From Macrostomum lignano (taxonomy: Eukaryota): 64,000 nucleotides of DNA. Every line of letters starts with the position of its first letter. Within the stretch, counting starts at the first letter, position 1. Under the pieces are notes generated by a model. That model had not been told where the DNA came from and did not search any database. It saw nothing but the letters and a program-made list of their open reading frames with translations. Location of the stretch: NCBI GenBank assembly GCA_002269645.1, contig NIVC01001262.1:62969-126968 (forward strand), given 5' to 3'. This document shows, in pieces, positions 26,678 through 41,871 of the stretch. The translations under genes and the position numbers were made by a program.

Positions 26678-27770
26678 AGAGAGAAGGAGAGTAGCAGAGA
26701 GAGAAGGAGAGTAGCAGAGAGTGAGGGAGAGTAGCAGAGAGTGAGGGAGAGTAGCAGAGAGTGAGGGAGAGTAGCAGAGAGTGAGGGAGAGTAGCAGAGA
26801 GTGAGGGAGAGTAGTAGAGAGTGAGGGAGAGTAGCAGAGAGTGAGGGAGAGTAGCAGAGAGTGAGGGGGAGTAGTAGAGAGTGAGGGAGAGTAGCAGAGA
26901 GTGAGGGAGAGTAGCAGAGAGTGAGGGGAGTAGCAGAGAGTGAGGGAGAGTAGCAGAGAGTGAGGGAGAGTAGCAGAGAGTGAGGGAGAGTAGCAGAGAG
27001 TGAGGGAGAGTAGCAGAGAGTGAGGGAGAGTAGCAGAGAGTGATGGAGAGTAGCAGAGAGTGAGGGAGAGTAGCAGAGAGTGAGGGGGAGTAGTAGAGAG
27101 TGAGGGAGAGTAGCAGAGAGTGAGGGAGAGTAGCAGAGAGTGAGGGAGAGTAGCAGAGAGTGAGGGAGAGTAGCAGAGAGTGAGGGGGAGTAGCAGAGAG
27201 TGAGGGAGAGTAGCAGAGAGTGAGGGAGAGTAGCAGAGAGTGAGGGAGAGTAGCAGAGAGTGATGGAGAGTAGCAGAGAGTGAGGGAGAGTAGCAGAGAG
27301 TGATGGAGAGTAGCAGAGAGTGAGGGAGAGTAGCAGAGAGTGAGGGGGAGTAGTAGAGAGTGAGGGAGAGTAGCAGAGAGTGAGGGAGAGTAGCAGAGAG
27401 TGAGGGAGAGTAGCAGAGAGTGAGGGAGAGTAGCAGAGAGTGAGGGAGAGTAGCAGAGAGTGAGGGAGAGTAGTAGAGAGTGAGGGAGAGTAGTAGAGAG
27501 TGAGGGAGAGTAGCAGAGAGTGAGGGAGAGTAGCAGAGAGTGAGGGAGAGTAGCAGAGAGTGAGGGAGAGTAGCAGAGAGTGAGGGAGAGTAGCAGAGAG
27601 TGAGGGGGAGTAGTAGAGAGTGAGGGAGAGTAGCAGAGAGTGAGGGAGAGTAGCAGAGAGTGAGGGAGAGTAGCAGAGAGTGAGGGAGAGTAGCAGAGAG
27701 TGAGGGAGAGTAGCAGAGAGTGAGGGAGAGTAGCAGAGAGTGAGGGAGAGTAGCAGAGAGTGAGGGAGAG
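26678..27770. repeat. 20-nt purine-rich minisatellite GAGAGTGAGGGAGAGTAGCA
   Basis: About 54 copies. Confidence 0.97.
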
Positions 27771-28912
27771 GCAGTAGTATTAAAAATGGAAATTGAAATG
27801 ATGCAGCAAGCCTGCAGCATCCCGGAGACTCCCAGCCAGGTGAGCAGGCACAGGATCATAACGGAGACAAAAGCAGACAGAAAAGGGCACGCGAGGCTGC
27901 GAGCTGCCGCGCATTCAAGAAGGCATCGCTGAAAGCGGGGCTGATTGCAGGTGAGAGATTGAAAGCTCAAAAAGCGGAGCAGCTGGAAGAAGCTGGGTGA
28001 ATTGATGAAGCCAGCATTAGGAGGGAATCAAAGGCGTAGAGAGAGGGGGGAGAGACTGTAGCTGATGCGGGTCGCGGGAAACTGAGCCGGAGATTTTGTG
28101 CGAGGCCGCCTCGTGTGTTTTAGCGAGCGGCTAATAAGTAGGCGGCGGCTGAGGGAGGCCGGGGTCGGCGCAGGGGAGGAAAGCCGACACCCGGCCGGTG
28201 AGCGCTAATGAGGCGGGCCCGGCCCCTTCCAGTCAGCATGCATATGACTGCATTGGCGGCACTTAGGCACTGTGGACTGGGAACTTAGTGACAATAAGAT
28301 GACTGCCTGACTGACAGCTCGAAGCCAAGTGCCCGTCTGTTCGCCTTCTGTTCGCCTTCTGTTCGCCCTCTGTTCGCCGTGCCCACGTATTCGGCGAGAG
28401 GCGTGCTAAAAACTCAAAGCAAAATTGCAGGCCTTGTCAGTGTAAGATTGGGATTCCCAGCCTCTCCGATCCCCCGCAGCTCGCTGTCAGGGAATAGTGC
28501 ACAGAAGGGGATACGGAGGAACAAAGGTGAGATTAAGACCGGACGGGAGGGCTCAGACAGGTCGGGTGGGGCGGAAACTCAAAGGCGAGAGCGGCGCCTT
28601 CCGCCCCTCCCCATCTCTGGCCCTGGTTGTCGCACAGAGGCCTCGCGCGCGGCCACTGCCTAACCATGCAGGGGATTTTTTCCCAAGAGATGATTGATTT
28701 GAGGCCTCTGGCGGGGTACTTTGTCCCCGCGTCGCGAGAACAATGACCGGCCTGACCGGGGGAGTAGCTGAATGGCGACCGTGGGGTCTGGCTGATGAAG
28801 GACTGCCGGAGGCTGGACGCCGGCTAACGAGGATGAGTGAAGGGGGGTGAAAGATGGGACACCATCCATTGTTGAGGGCAGGTCTCGCGCCCCATCTATT
28901 TCTGTCCACTTA

Positions 28913-29094
28913 GCATGCCTGCAATCATGCCTGCAATCATGCCTGCAATCATGCCTGCAATCATGCCTGCAATCATGCCTGCAATCATGCCTGCAATCAT
29001 GCCTGCAATCATGCCTGCAATCATGCCTGCAATCATGCCTTCAATCATGCCTGCAATCATGCCTGCAATCATGCCTGCAATCATGCCTGCAATC
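28913..29094. repeat. 12-nt minisatellite (ATGCCTGCAATC)n
   Basis: About 15 copies. Confidence 0.95.
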
Positions 29095-29639
29095 ATTCAA
29101 ATTCGGTGGAGTAAATGCCAGTTTTCTGTAGCATTTCCTGGAAAATAACTCGAATAGCTCACAGGTACATCTGGATTTGCTACAGGAAAATTATTCAAGT
29201 TATTGCTTGTAGAGCAGCTCACCGCAGGTGTCCCAGCTCAGCTCGGAGTTTAACAACCTGAACCTCCGATGGTCCTGAGTGTACCTGGCGCTTGGCTGCC
29301 GTCTGCAGAACGGTGCCGCATGTCCCTGTGCTCACTCTCCGCTTGACAGGGAAATAAAAAACCGATAAGTCAGTTGGTTGCCAAGGCCGGGTATTGGGGA
29401 GCCCCTCCGCGTGTTCCGCTGCTTTCCCCTGTTTTAGTTATCTTGTCTTCTGGTGTGGCGCTCAAGCCGCAAGGCGCAGCGCTGGTTGGCTGGGGCTGCC
29501 CAGCAAGCTGGAGCGGTTCGCTCAGCCAAGGAGACCCTGAAGCAGAAACTGGACTGCCAACTCACGATGACGCGAACTGTAGCATCCAACTTTTATGCCT
29601 CAAGGGCCAGATAGAAATCCAGCTCATGGCTGCAGGCCA

Positions 29640-30530
29640 GATGAGAGAGGAAAGGAGAGAAGAGGGGAGGGCGAAAGAAGAGATGATAGGAAAGGAGAGA
29701 GAAGAGGGGAGGGCGAAAGAAGAGATGATAGGAAAGGAGAGAGAAGAGGGGAGGGCGAAAGAAGAGATGATAGGAAAGGAGAGAGAAGAGGGAGGGCGAA
29801 AGAAGAGATGATAGGAAAGGAGAGAGAAGAGGGGAGGGCGAAAGAAGAGATGATAGGAAAGGAGAGAGAAGAGGGGAGAGGCGGAAGAGGAGATGAGAGG
29901 AAAGGAGAGAGAAGAGGGGAGGGTGAAAGAAGAGATGATAGGAAAGGAGAGAGAAGAGGGGAGGGCGAAAGAAGAGATGATAGGAAAGGAGAGAGAAGAG
30001 GGGAGGGCGAAAGAAGAGATGATAGGAAAGGAGAGAGAAGAGGGGAGGGTGAAAGAAGAGATGATAGGAAAGGAGAGAGAAGAGGGGAGGGCGAAAGAAG
30101 AGATGATAGGAAAGGAGAGAGAAGAGGGGAGGGCGAAAGAAGAGATGATAGGAAAGGAGAGAGAAGAGGGGAGAGGCGGAAGAGGAGATGAGAGGAGAGG
30201 AGAGCTGAGATGAGAGGAAAGGAGAGAGAAGAGAGGAGAGGCGAAAGAGGAGATGAGATGAGAGGAGAGCTGAGATGAGAGAGAGGAAAGGAGAAAGAAG
30301 AGATGAGAGGCGAAAGAGGAGATGAGATGAGAGGAGAGCTGAGATGAGAGATAGGAAAGGAGAGAGAAGAGATGAGAGGCGAAAGAGGAGATGAGATGAG
30401 AGGAGAGCTGAGATGAGAGAGGAAAGGAGAGAGAAGAGATGAGAGGCGAAAGAGGAGATGAGATGAGAGCTGAGATGAGAGCTGAGATGAGAGGAGCGCT
30501 GAGATGAGAGGAATAGAGAAGACAGGAGAG
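29640..30530. repeat. Purine-rich 42-nt minisatellite followed by a related GAGATGAGAG variant array
   Basis: Visible. Confidence 0.92.
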
Positions 30531-31337
30531 AAGAGAGTTGAGAAGAGACACAAGACTCGATCGGGAAAGATTGCTATTGTGAACCTTCAATTGACCCGAT
30601 GACCGGACTGAGATGCTTCGCTGGCCGGAGTTAGCCGAACCCCGCTGCAGATGTCCGGTTCGAACGGACAGGTGGCCGGTTTCTGCGCCATATTTTACAG
30701 AATCCGTTCGGCTGCATCAAGTTTTTTGTTCGCGTTTTAAGGTGAATTCTCCGTATCTCTGCACTGTTGGCGCTCCAGATGGCAGCCCAGGGTCTCCGTG
30801 ACTCAGGTGACTCAGCGGTCATTCACTGTGTGGCAACTGGGCCGATCCGGAGAGCGGCTCCGGGACGCCACTCGGTTCGCTCGATTGGCTTCAAATCCAC
30901 AAGGCTTATGGAATTCGGACACGGCGAAGGTGGGCGGCTTCGGTCAGCAGATTTGAGCCGCTCCGCTGAACTTCAAAGCCTCGGTCGGTCGGGCAGGTCG
31001 GGCGCGTTTGAGGCCAGGATTTCTATTCCCGTTTTATCATCGTTTTAGCAGTGCAAATGTGGGAAGTCTCCGAATGAATTTGTCAAGTAAAACACACCGT
31101 GTTACACTGTGTGAAAGACTGGGGCATCGGATTGGAAAATGAAACGCAAAAGTTTTGTCTTCTGTAAAGTGGCAGAGGGGGGAAGGGTGAAAGATCAAAT
31201 AGGCTTATTTATACATAACGACAGAAACTTCTGATTTAGTAACAGCCTGGTAACAATGCGGACTATTGTACTCAACGAATGTTTCTACTTATATCGGAAT
31301 GCACTACTATAAGTCAACGATTTGATCAATTTCGAGA

Positions 31338-32475
<1,138 letters not shown>

Positions 32476-32959
32476 AGAATGTAGCGCTGCAAGACGTCTG
32501 CCTTCGTTTTCGCTGAAATTACTGGCATTTAGTCCTAAAGAAGTGCTTAAAACGGAATAAAAAATTAACATTGACATATTGGCAATGGCAAATTATTTTT
32601 AGGAGACGTTTTCCCACTGCGCTACTTGAACTAGGCTATACAGCAAATATGTGGCAAACGGAAAAATCTGACAAAATCTTTTTTTTGATTTTTGCAGCCC
32701 GAGCCAGCTGGGAACATCGGGGCTCGTCAACAGAAAGTTGCTCATCGTTTATTTTGCTTGGTATCCGCAGTGACTGGCGAACAGCATTTGGGATGGATTT
32801 TAAGCTCAGAAGAAGAGGGATATTAAAATCGGGTTGGGAGGCAAAACTGTCTTCTCTGAGCGGGCATCAGGGCTCATCAGTTCAGTCTGGCTGGTTCTCT
32901 AGTTTTCATCACCCGTGGAACTCGCTGATCAGTTCTTGATGGTCCATGCTCAGGGCAAT

Positions 32960-34568
32960 TCATTCGTCACCTTCGTCACGCCAGTCCTCGAAAGCAGCTT
33001 CGTCATGATCGGAATGGCTGTCTTCGTCCATCAGATATTCGTCGTCGTAATTGCCGTTGCGCTTTCCTAGAAATCCGCGGGCGCGCTTTCCTAGAAAACC
33101 TCTGGAACGTTTTCCAAGAAAACCACGCGCCCTCTTGCCTAGGAAGCCTCGTGCTCGCTTTCCAAGAAAACCACGGGCTCGCTTTCCGAGAAATCCCCGA
33201 GCTCGCTTTCCTAGAAAACCGCGTGCTCGCTTTCCTAGAAAACCGCGTGCTCGCTTTCCTAGAAAACCACGTGCTCGCTTTCCTAGAAAACCGCGTGCTC
33301 GCTTTCCTAGAAAACCACGTGCTCGCTTTCCTAGAAAACCGCGTGCCCGTTTCTCCTCAGCCTCGAGCAGATGAGCATCGGACGCATCGGGGGCTCCGCG
33401 CTCGCCCACCGCAAGGGAGTCGACGTGAGCGATGTCGCTGGAGACGGCTGAAACACGGCGAAAAAGGTAGCTTTAGGCTTCCATTGGTAAATCAATTCTT
33501 TTTTCTTTGAAAATAGATTCTACTATACTAAATAAGGTTTGTCTCTATATATCTAGGTATGTGTGAAATATTAAAAAAACAGCTTAACCGATTTTTATCA
33601 GACTTGCACGATTCGATCTGACAATACCAGACAGACACAGTGTCAGAAACAATAACAAACAGGCACAGTGACAGACACGGGGACGGACACAATACCAGAC
33701 GGACACAGTGACGGACACAGTGACGGACACAATACCAGACGGACACAGTGACGGACACAGTGACGGACACAATACCAGACGGACACAATACCAGACGGAC
33801 ACAGTGACGGACACAGTGACGGACACAATACCAGATGGACACAGTAACGGACACAATACCAGACGGACACAGTAACGGACACAGTGATTGACACAATGAA
33901 GGACACAATACCAGACGGACACAGTGACGGACACAATACCAGACGGACACAGTGATGGACACAGTGACGGACACAGTGCTGGACACAGTGACAGACACAG
34001 TGACAGACACAGTGACAGACACAGGACACAGTGAGAGACACAGTGACAGAAACAGTGACAGACACAGTGACAGACACAGTGACAGACACGGTGATAGACA
34101 CAGTGACAGACAAGTGACAGACACGGTGACAGACAAGTGACAGACACGGTGACAGACACAGTGACGGACACAATACCAGACGGACACAGTGCTGGACACA
34201 GTGACAGACACAGTGACAGACACAGGACACAGTGACAGACACGGTAACAGACACAGTGACAGACACAATACCTGACGGACACAGTGATTGACACAATGAC
34301 GGACACAATACCAGACGGACACAGTGACGGACACAATACCAGACGGACACAGTGACGGACACAATACCTGACGGACACAGTGACGGACACAATACCTGAC
34401 GGACACAGTGACGCACACAATAGCAGGCGGACACAGTGACAGACACAATACCAGACAGACACAGTGACAGACACAATACCAGACGGACTCACGCGCGCTG
34501 TCGGAGGCCCCCAGGATGGCGGCCAGCAGCAGGAGCAGCAAACTCGGCAAGCAGATTGCGGACTTCAT
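32960..34568 (-). CDS. Secreted neuropeptide precursor, 187 aa: signal peptide, acidic spacer, 11x ARGFL-amide and 1x SRGFL-amide, acidic tail
   Basis: Exon 1 (34493-34568) MKSAICLPSLLLLLLAAILGASDSA with gtgagt donor, phase 1. Exon 2 (32960-33447) tttcag acceptor, in frame. Twelve xRGFL-G-KR units with dibasic cleavage sites and Gly amidation donors; synonymous variation among copies. Confidence 0.93.
33620..34487. repeat. Intronic GACAC-based minisatellite (GGACACAGTGAC / GGACACAATACCAGAC) in the neuropeptide intron
   Basis: Starts immediately after the donor and fills most of intron 33448-34492. Confidence 0.93.
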
Positions 34569-35544
34569 CTTGCGTTTCCCTTTGCTTGGCGCAATTCCTC
34601 TGTTTGAGCTTCACCTGAAGGGGAGGCGGAATGCAGCGGCGCGCCTGGGTCAGGTTGTTACTAATCTGCAACATCAATCCAGCTGTCCCAGCCTCCCGCC
34701 CCGCCCCATTCGGCTTTGATTGATGGGGGCTGCCTGGCACCCCAGCAGTCTGGTTGGCAACCGCCAGCGCCGTCTCCACTTCGTCTCCCCATCGCTTTGA
34801 TCCCCTGCTACTCAAAAAGTTGCTTGCAGGCCGCGGGGGGCTGGCGGGAAAGAAGGAGAACCGAGGGGGGGATTCCCTTTCTATTGCACAGAGAGGACAA
34901 ACACACAGATGACCGGTGGGTCTGGAGAAACAGTTCAGGTGGAATCCCTGCAGCTGGGCATCCCAGGACCTTCCGTTCAGCTGGTGAGCTCGGAAACCGG
35001 ACACGGAAGCCGCGGAGCTGCCAATTTACCCGCCGCTGAGGGTTGAATTTCAGGTCAGCCTCCTCTGCCCTTCATCTGCTAATTTGCTTGCAATCAAGGT
35101 GATCTTGTGTTGCTTTCTTGTTTTCCCTCCGACCTGCTAAGTGGGATGGACGGTCACGCTTCCAGTGGATCGCTTTTCTGAGGGAGGGGTCGCTTCGATT
35201 GGGCAGAAACACGGATTGGGCAGTCCTGAAGCCTCCCATGAGGAAATAATTGTCCAAAGCAGTGTCAAATGGCACATGAAAAAGCAGATAAAAAGAAATG
35301 GAAAAATATTTGTCGATTAGTAACAAAAACGCATGCAATCGATTGAGTTGAGGAAAGTTATAAATGTACCAATTGGCTCGTAAACTTGCAAGATCTGCAA
35401 AAGAATTGCAGATTTTGCTAGGACAATTATTTCCCCCTGCCCGGGCTCCAACGAGCTTCCAAAATAGTGCAAACTTTATGCTCTTGGTTCCTTGATGCGT
35501 TACTCAATCACCGATGATATTGCTCAACTTCCATGCTGCGTTCG

Positions 35545-36182
35545 GGCGAGAGTCAGAGAGTGTCTGGAGGGCGAGAGTCAGAGAGTGTTTGGAGGGCGAG
35601 AATCAGAGAGTGTTTCGAGGTGTTTCGAGGGCGAGAATCAGAGAGTGTTTGGAGGGCGAGAGTCAGGGAGTGTTTGGAGGGCGAGAGTCAGAGAGTGTTT
35701 GGAGGGAGAGAATCAGAGAGTGTTTCGAGGTGTTTCGAGGGCGAGAATCAGAGAGTGTTTGGAGGGCGAGAATCAGAGAGTGTTTGGAGGGCGAGAGTCA
35801 GGGAGTATTTGGAGGTGCTTGGAGGGCGAGAGTCAGAGAGTGTTAAGAGGGCGAGAGTCAGAGAGTGTTTGGAGGGCGAAAGTCGGAGAGTGTTTGGAGG
35901 GCGAGAAGCAGAGAGTGTTTGGAGATGTTTGGAGGGCGAGAGTCAGTGAGTGTTTGGAGGTGTTGGGAGGGCGAGAGTCAGTGAGTGTTTGGAGGTATCT
36001 GGAGGGCGAGAGTCAGGGAGTGTTTGGAGGTGTTTGGAGGGCGAGAGTCCAAGTGTTTGGAGGTGTTTGGAGGGCGAGAGTCAGGAAGTGTTTGGAGGTG
36101 TTTGGAGCGCGAGAGTCAGGAAGTGTTTGGAGGTGCTTGGAGGGCGAGAGTCAGGAAGTGTTTGGAGGTGCTTGGAGGGCGA
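35545..36182. repeat. ~25-nt minisatellite GGAGGGCGAGAGTCAGAGAGTGTTT
   Basis: Visible, degenerate. Confidence 0.92.
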
Positions 36183-38837
36183 GGACCCGATGGGCGAGCA
36201 GGTCCTCAAGCACTTCAAAGTTGAAGGCAGAAAAGCTCGCGGCTCCTCTCCGCGATGCCACATGCACTTCTTTGTCAAATTTGCCGTAGCGTGACAAGCA
36301 AGCCCAGCCGTGGGGGTATCGTTGCTCAGAGAGAGCGCACTGATCCGAATCATTGATGATGAGGCAGTGAAGGTGAGCAGCAGCTTCTCAATGAGCTTCT
36401 CATGCAGCTATTTAACCACGGAGTTGACATAAAAATGCGATTCTTCCTAACCACCCGAACCATGGCTGCACCGATGCCCAGAGTGTGTGCAACTCTCCAG
36501 GAGAAACTGCCAAGTAGCTGAGAGCAGCGGAATAGCTCACGGCCACACAAGAGACCTCAGGAGGTTTCCTCTGACCTTCTTCAGCTTGGGCCATAAAACC
36601 GAGCGGGAGAGATGGGGCTCTGCCCCCCCTCCATTTGTCACCCGATTGGTGACATCGATTTTTTTAACTTTGAAATCGGTCAGCTTCGAGTTTTCTGCAA
36701 AAACTGTCAGCGCTAAGTTTCCCGCTTCGGGATCTGGGGAACTCCAGCCTCTCTTCGTCATCAGTCTTCTCACACGGGCTTCCTCCTGAACTGGCTGGCC
36801 ACTTTGATTTTCGTGCTTCACCGATCGCCGAGATAGGGGAGGGGGGAGGGGCGGACAGACAGGGGGAGGGGGCGGAAAGTAGCGGAGGCAGCCAGCAACA
36901 CCGAACTGCAGCATGAAAACTGGAGCCCCCGGATCCCATTCGCTTTGCCGCCTGGCTGCCCCGGCCACCTTCGAGTCATTGATCATCTGAGCAGCCATTT
37001 GTCCCGCTTTCCTCCCATGCCCGCCCCCGCCCGGCTCCCTCTTCATCGGGGCGGGCGCCACTTGACTGTGATTTACGAACCAGTCGGATGGGGAGAAGTC
37101 GGGGAAAAACTTCCCTCACACCTTCCACTCGGGAAAGAGCTGCTTGAGGAACTGAAAGATTAGTGAGGCCACTTTGTCGCTAAACTCGAGCATCAAGGAG
37201 CAGCCGGGAGCAGAAAATGTTCCGCTCGCAATTGAATATTCATCGAAGCAGGCAAGAAATGGCGAACAAGAAAAAACTTTGTGTGCTGTGCGAGTGGCTC
37301 TGGGTGGCCAGAGCAAACAGGTGGTAATTACCTCCTTCTCCGGCATGTTGACCGACTCAAGAAATTATTGCCCTGCCGCAGTCGGCCTCGGAGATCCGGC
37401 GGGCAGCCGGGCTCGTGGAAGCGAATTCCGCTGTCCGGTTCCCCAGTTTTACATTGCCAATCGCGTTGCCGGGCAGAGGAAGAAAGCAATTATCCCCACT
37501 CCCCGCCCACCTGCCCGGGACTCGCTGGTCGTGGCAGCGTGGGAAGCGGCATTCAGCATTCGCCGAGCAGCGCGAGCACAATGCAAGCAATCGAACCGAG
37601 GGCTGATCGATGGCAAAGCCGCTGCTCCATTCAGTCTCTTCTCTCATCTTCTAAATAGGAAAATTTTGGACAGCTGCTGCAAAAACGGGCCGCCCGAGAC
37701 ATCCGAAAGCTGGGCACAAGGGGGGGAATCATGGTTCTGACGTGGAGAGCAGCTCCACTTGCTCCTCTTGAGGAGGGCTTGCGTCTGACGCGCTGGTTCT
37801 GCCTGTCAGAATGTGGCGAAGTAGCAGCAGATCGGCAGGCAGGGACTGCAGCTCTGCGGCTCCTTCCTTCCCCGCATCCAGGCAGTTTGGTTTCGAGGCC
37901 CAATGCGAGCTATCAGCAATTGTTGCAAGTGTTTTGTTGCTCTGCCATTCAACAATGCCCATGAAGCAGCCGGCACTCAAGTACTCCCTCCCACTGCAGT
38001 TGAGCTGCACTGCCCGAGTCCAACTCCCAGCCAACTCAGCTCTGTGAGACAAAGGAGAGCTGAGGACTCGCCACTGCTGACTCTCAGAGGAAGTTAAAGA
38101 GTTCAGATAGCGAGAAGTTGCAGCAGAAACAACAAGGACTTTTTCAGCAGCCACCCTCTGCTGGGTCCAAAGTGAGAAGGTGGGAGAATGCGCCGCACTG
38201 AGCAGCAATCTTGAGAGGATCAGAACAGTTTCCAGCCCCCCACCTAGAGTGTGGCAAATAAGCGAAAGTTGCGATGGTGAAACTCACAGACTAGACTCAG
38301 AAAATTATCCTGAAGAATTTTCCTCACTTTGAACAGTCGGTAGTGGAAGCTGATCTTCCTCTCTTGGCGTCGGTGGCGGAGTCGGCAGGTGCGCGCAGGC
38401 TTCTGGGCGACCGCCTCGCCCCAATAAGTAGCCGCCGGGCCCTGCGCCGGGGGAGCCGCGGGGCGCTCGGATGCGAGGCCGGTGATTGGCTCTAATGGGG
38501 CAGGCGGGCATTTTCCTATTTACTGGAATCTCCTATTTTAGAAAACAATTGGCCAGCCAAGCGAGCCGTTGACGTGGCCGGAGGGGCGAGTAAATTGGGG
38601 GGCTGGGGGCGGCGGTTGCGACGAGGCGCCACGGCAATTTCATTGCGCAGTCTCAGCCCGCTTGCGGCAATGCAATCTTCATAGACTTGATCGGGGAACT
38701 GAGAACTGGGTCAGGAAGCGGACCAGGACCGGCTTGCTGCCGAAGAGTTTCCTGGCTCTGGAATTGACTTCTTTGAAGCAGAGGAATGCGCTGTGTGGGG
38801 GCGCTTGATGGTTCTTGAGCTGAACTTGAGCAAGCCA

Positions 38838-39165
<328 letters not shown>

Positions 39166-39621
39166 TCTTTCTCGCTACTTTCCGTGTCGAGTAGTATGAA
39201 AGGCAAACTATAAGGATAGATAATTTATTTTAGTCACATTCTAAAAGTTTGAAAAATGTTGGAGCACACAGAATGGAGACCTTGGTACGCGGTGGAACTA
39301 CTTCAACTTTGCTGGTCTCCATTGGGTATTTTAAATCTATTAAAATCGATAGATTAAAATCGATTTTCTTCCGTCCCGTCCCGGAACAAAAGCATACTCG
39401 CCTCAATGGTGCCAGTTTAGTGCTAAAAATTGGAACATTTCATTCCCAATATCGCAATGTTTTAAACTGAAGTTGGCATGTTATGCTAGAAAATCATTTC
39501 ATCAATATTACACCAACTTCTGTGTGAGAGAGGGAACGGGGGGCATCAAAAACCCGAAAAATCACAACTCCGAAAGCATTTCCCATCATAAACCCGATGT
39601 AGCACATTAATGTTGTGCTAC

Positions 39622-39740
39622 AGGCCGGATCACTACCCTGACTATCACAGATAGTCGGATCACTACCCTGACTATCACAGATAGCCGGATCACTACCCTG
39701 ACTATCACAGATAGCCGGATCACTACCCTGACTATCACAG
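39622..39740. repeat. 30-nt tandem repeat GCCGGATCACTACCCTGACTATCACAGATA x4
   Basis: Visible. Confidence 0.9.
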
Positions 39741-41039
39741 TGAACGAGCCGAAGATGGCGTCAGTCAACTGGCCAGACTGACTTCGGACTCTGAGCGGGG
39801 GATCGCGTCAGGAGACTTAATCAGCCCGTCCCTATTGCACAGATTAATTCGCGCCAGTCCCTCAAATAAGAAAGACACGCGACTCACTCTGTTTCTTCGG
39901 GTAACAGCGGTGGCGGCAGCAGGGGTGGCTTCTCTCAATGTTCTCTCTTCAGTCTATGGAATAGACAGGTATCTAGATTGCAGTATTAGACTTATGGCTG
40001 TGACTTGCACAATTCAACCCAAGGACGAAGCCTCCCCTACTGCCGCTCCTGCATATATTTATATTTGTGCTAGCTGGTTAAGCCCTGGGGTATCGCTACC
40101 CCAGGCCCAGCTGGCCAAAATTACGATCGTCTTATCCAACACGGAAAAATTTACAAGCCGGGGTCGCGATTGGAGGGGAGAGGAAACAAACCGATTGGCT
40201 GGACCACCAGCCAATCGCAGGGCGAGAGAGGGGGGCACTGGGGCCGCAGCCAGCCAAAGCCGGCTGGCCTAACAGGCAGTGGGGTGGGTGCAACTGGAGG
40301 GGGTTGACGCAGACAGAATGGGGGGTTGGCTCAGGCACGCGGCCGGGGGGGGGGTGGGAGTGCAGTGCCGGGCACACTTGACTAAGAGCCAGAGATTGCT
40401 CATCGGTGCAAGTGCACCCGGGCACAACAATAATAAACCCGAAATATCAGAACTCCGAAAAACAAATGATGGCGACCTGAACGGAACCGACTCCAGCCTG
40501 CCAGCGATGCCATTGAACAGGCAGTGCAGCCAATCAGCATACAGTTTGCTCGGTAATAAATGTCTGTATATCAAAGAGCCAGAAGCGGAACCTGCCGTCT
40601 CACCCAGTCGAAAGTCCAAGGATGTTCCACCATCTGCTTCTGAGCTTCTGGCTGCTAGCATCGCTCGAAGTTCACGACTCGGCTGCTGAAAGCGCTCTGT
40701 GGCTGGAAACGGACGGTCAATGCGGAGCTGCTGAGCTGGTTGTGAGCAGCCGCAGCGTCCTGCTGTGCCTGTACCAGTGCTCGCTCCTGAGGTGGTGCGC
40801 CTGTGCTCGGTTCGCCGACTCCAAGTGCCACCTGATGCTGCCTGGTGACGCTGCGGTTTCACCAGCGGCTCGGCCCGTGTACAGCCGGCGGGGCTATACA
40901 AGTAAGCTGGCACTGCGAGCTGTCGGACCAAAGGCTTCTTGGGCTAATACTAATACTAATGATTGATTACACCTGCCCCAATTGGGCCAGATGTGCAACT
41001 GACAGCTCAGCCGCAGCTATTGCGCAGCGCATCTGAAGG

Positions 41040-41219
41040 CTGCGTACGGCTGTTCAGTGCAAGGACTGGGGGGTCGCCACACACAGCCTCAATTACCCCA
41101 GTTGCAGAGCAGAGTTAAATGTCTTCTCAAGGACACAATTTTTTCCAGTGGGATCGGAAATCGAACCCCCAACCTTCAATTCGTGAGTCCGACGCCCCAA
41201 CCACTAGGCTGCAAGCCCC
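41040..41219 (-). mobile_element. tRNA-derived SINE fragment with a CORE-like segment
   Basis: Minus strand GGGGCTTGCAGCCTAGTGGTT...GGTTCGATTTCC (A/B boxes), followed by TGTGTCCTTGAGAAGACATTTAACTCT, which resembles the MIR/CORE motif. 3' end not defined. Confidence 0.6.
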
Positions 41220-41871
41220 TAAACCTGGGGTTTGTCGAGCAACCCCCGCTCACGAGTGTCCCCAAATCACGGAGGGGGCAAGCCTGACGATGACAAAAAT
41301 AATAGAAAGTCGGGGCCGCTGTACACTGGGTGTTTGTGCCCGAGTTCGTATCTGTGTGAGTCTGTGTGTGCTCAGTGGCTTGCCTACTTGCTTATTGTCT
41401 TAATTTGTGACAAAGTCCAACCCGACAAAAACAGCTGGGATGCAGCACTGCCGTTGCTACGGGCTAAGGAAACGCATATTCACCATTTCTTAGTTCCCGC
41501 CAGCTAGTAATACATGCATTGGCCACTCAAAAACTGAGACTTAAAAGACTTAAAAGATCATTTGAGCCCTTGATTTCATGGGGGGGGGGCAGAGCAGTAG
41601 AAATGAATGGATGTTGTCAGAGCTTTTGTGAGAGGAACTCTTAATTCCCCGAGTCGGGGTCTCAAGCAACAGATTTTCGAAGCCATATGCCCGCTGTGCG
41701 GTTGGGGTGCTGGGTGCTAAAGTTAAAATGAATTCCTGCCAATGAGTGATAGGTTGGGAATTATTAGTCATTCTTTACTTCATCACTATGCTATAGTAAA
41801 TGATGGCAGAACTGTTGAGAGAACTGATCAAATATACGGATATGCGGCGGGGGGATTTAGATACGGCCTTA

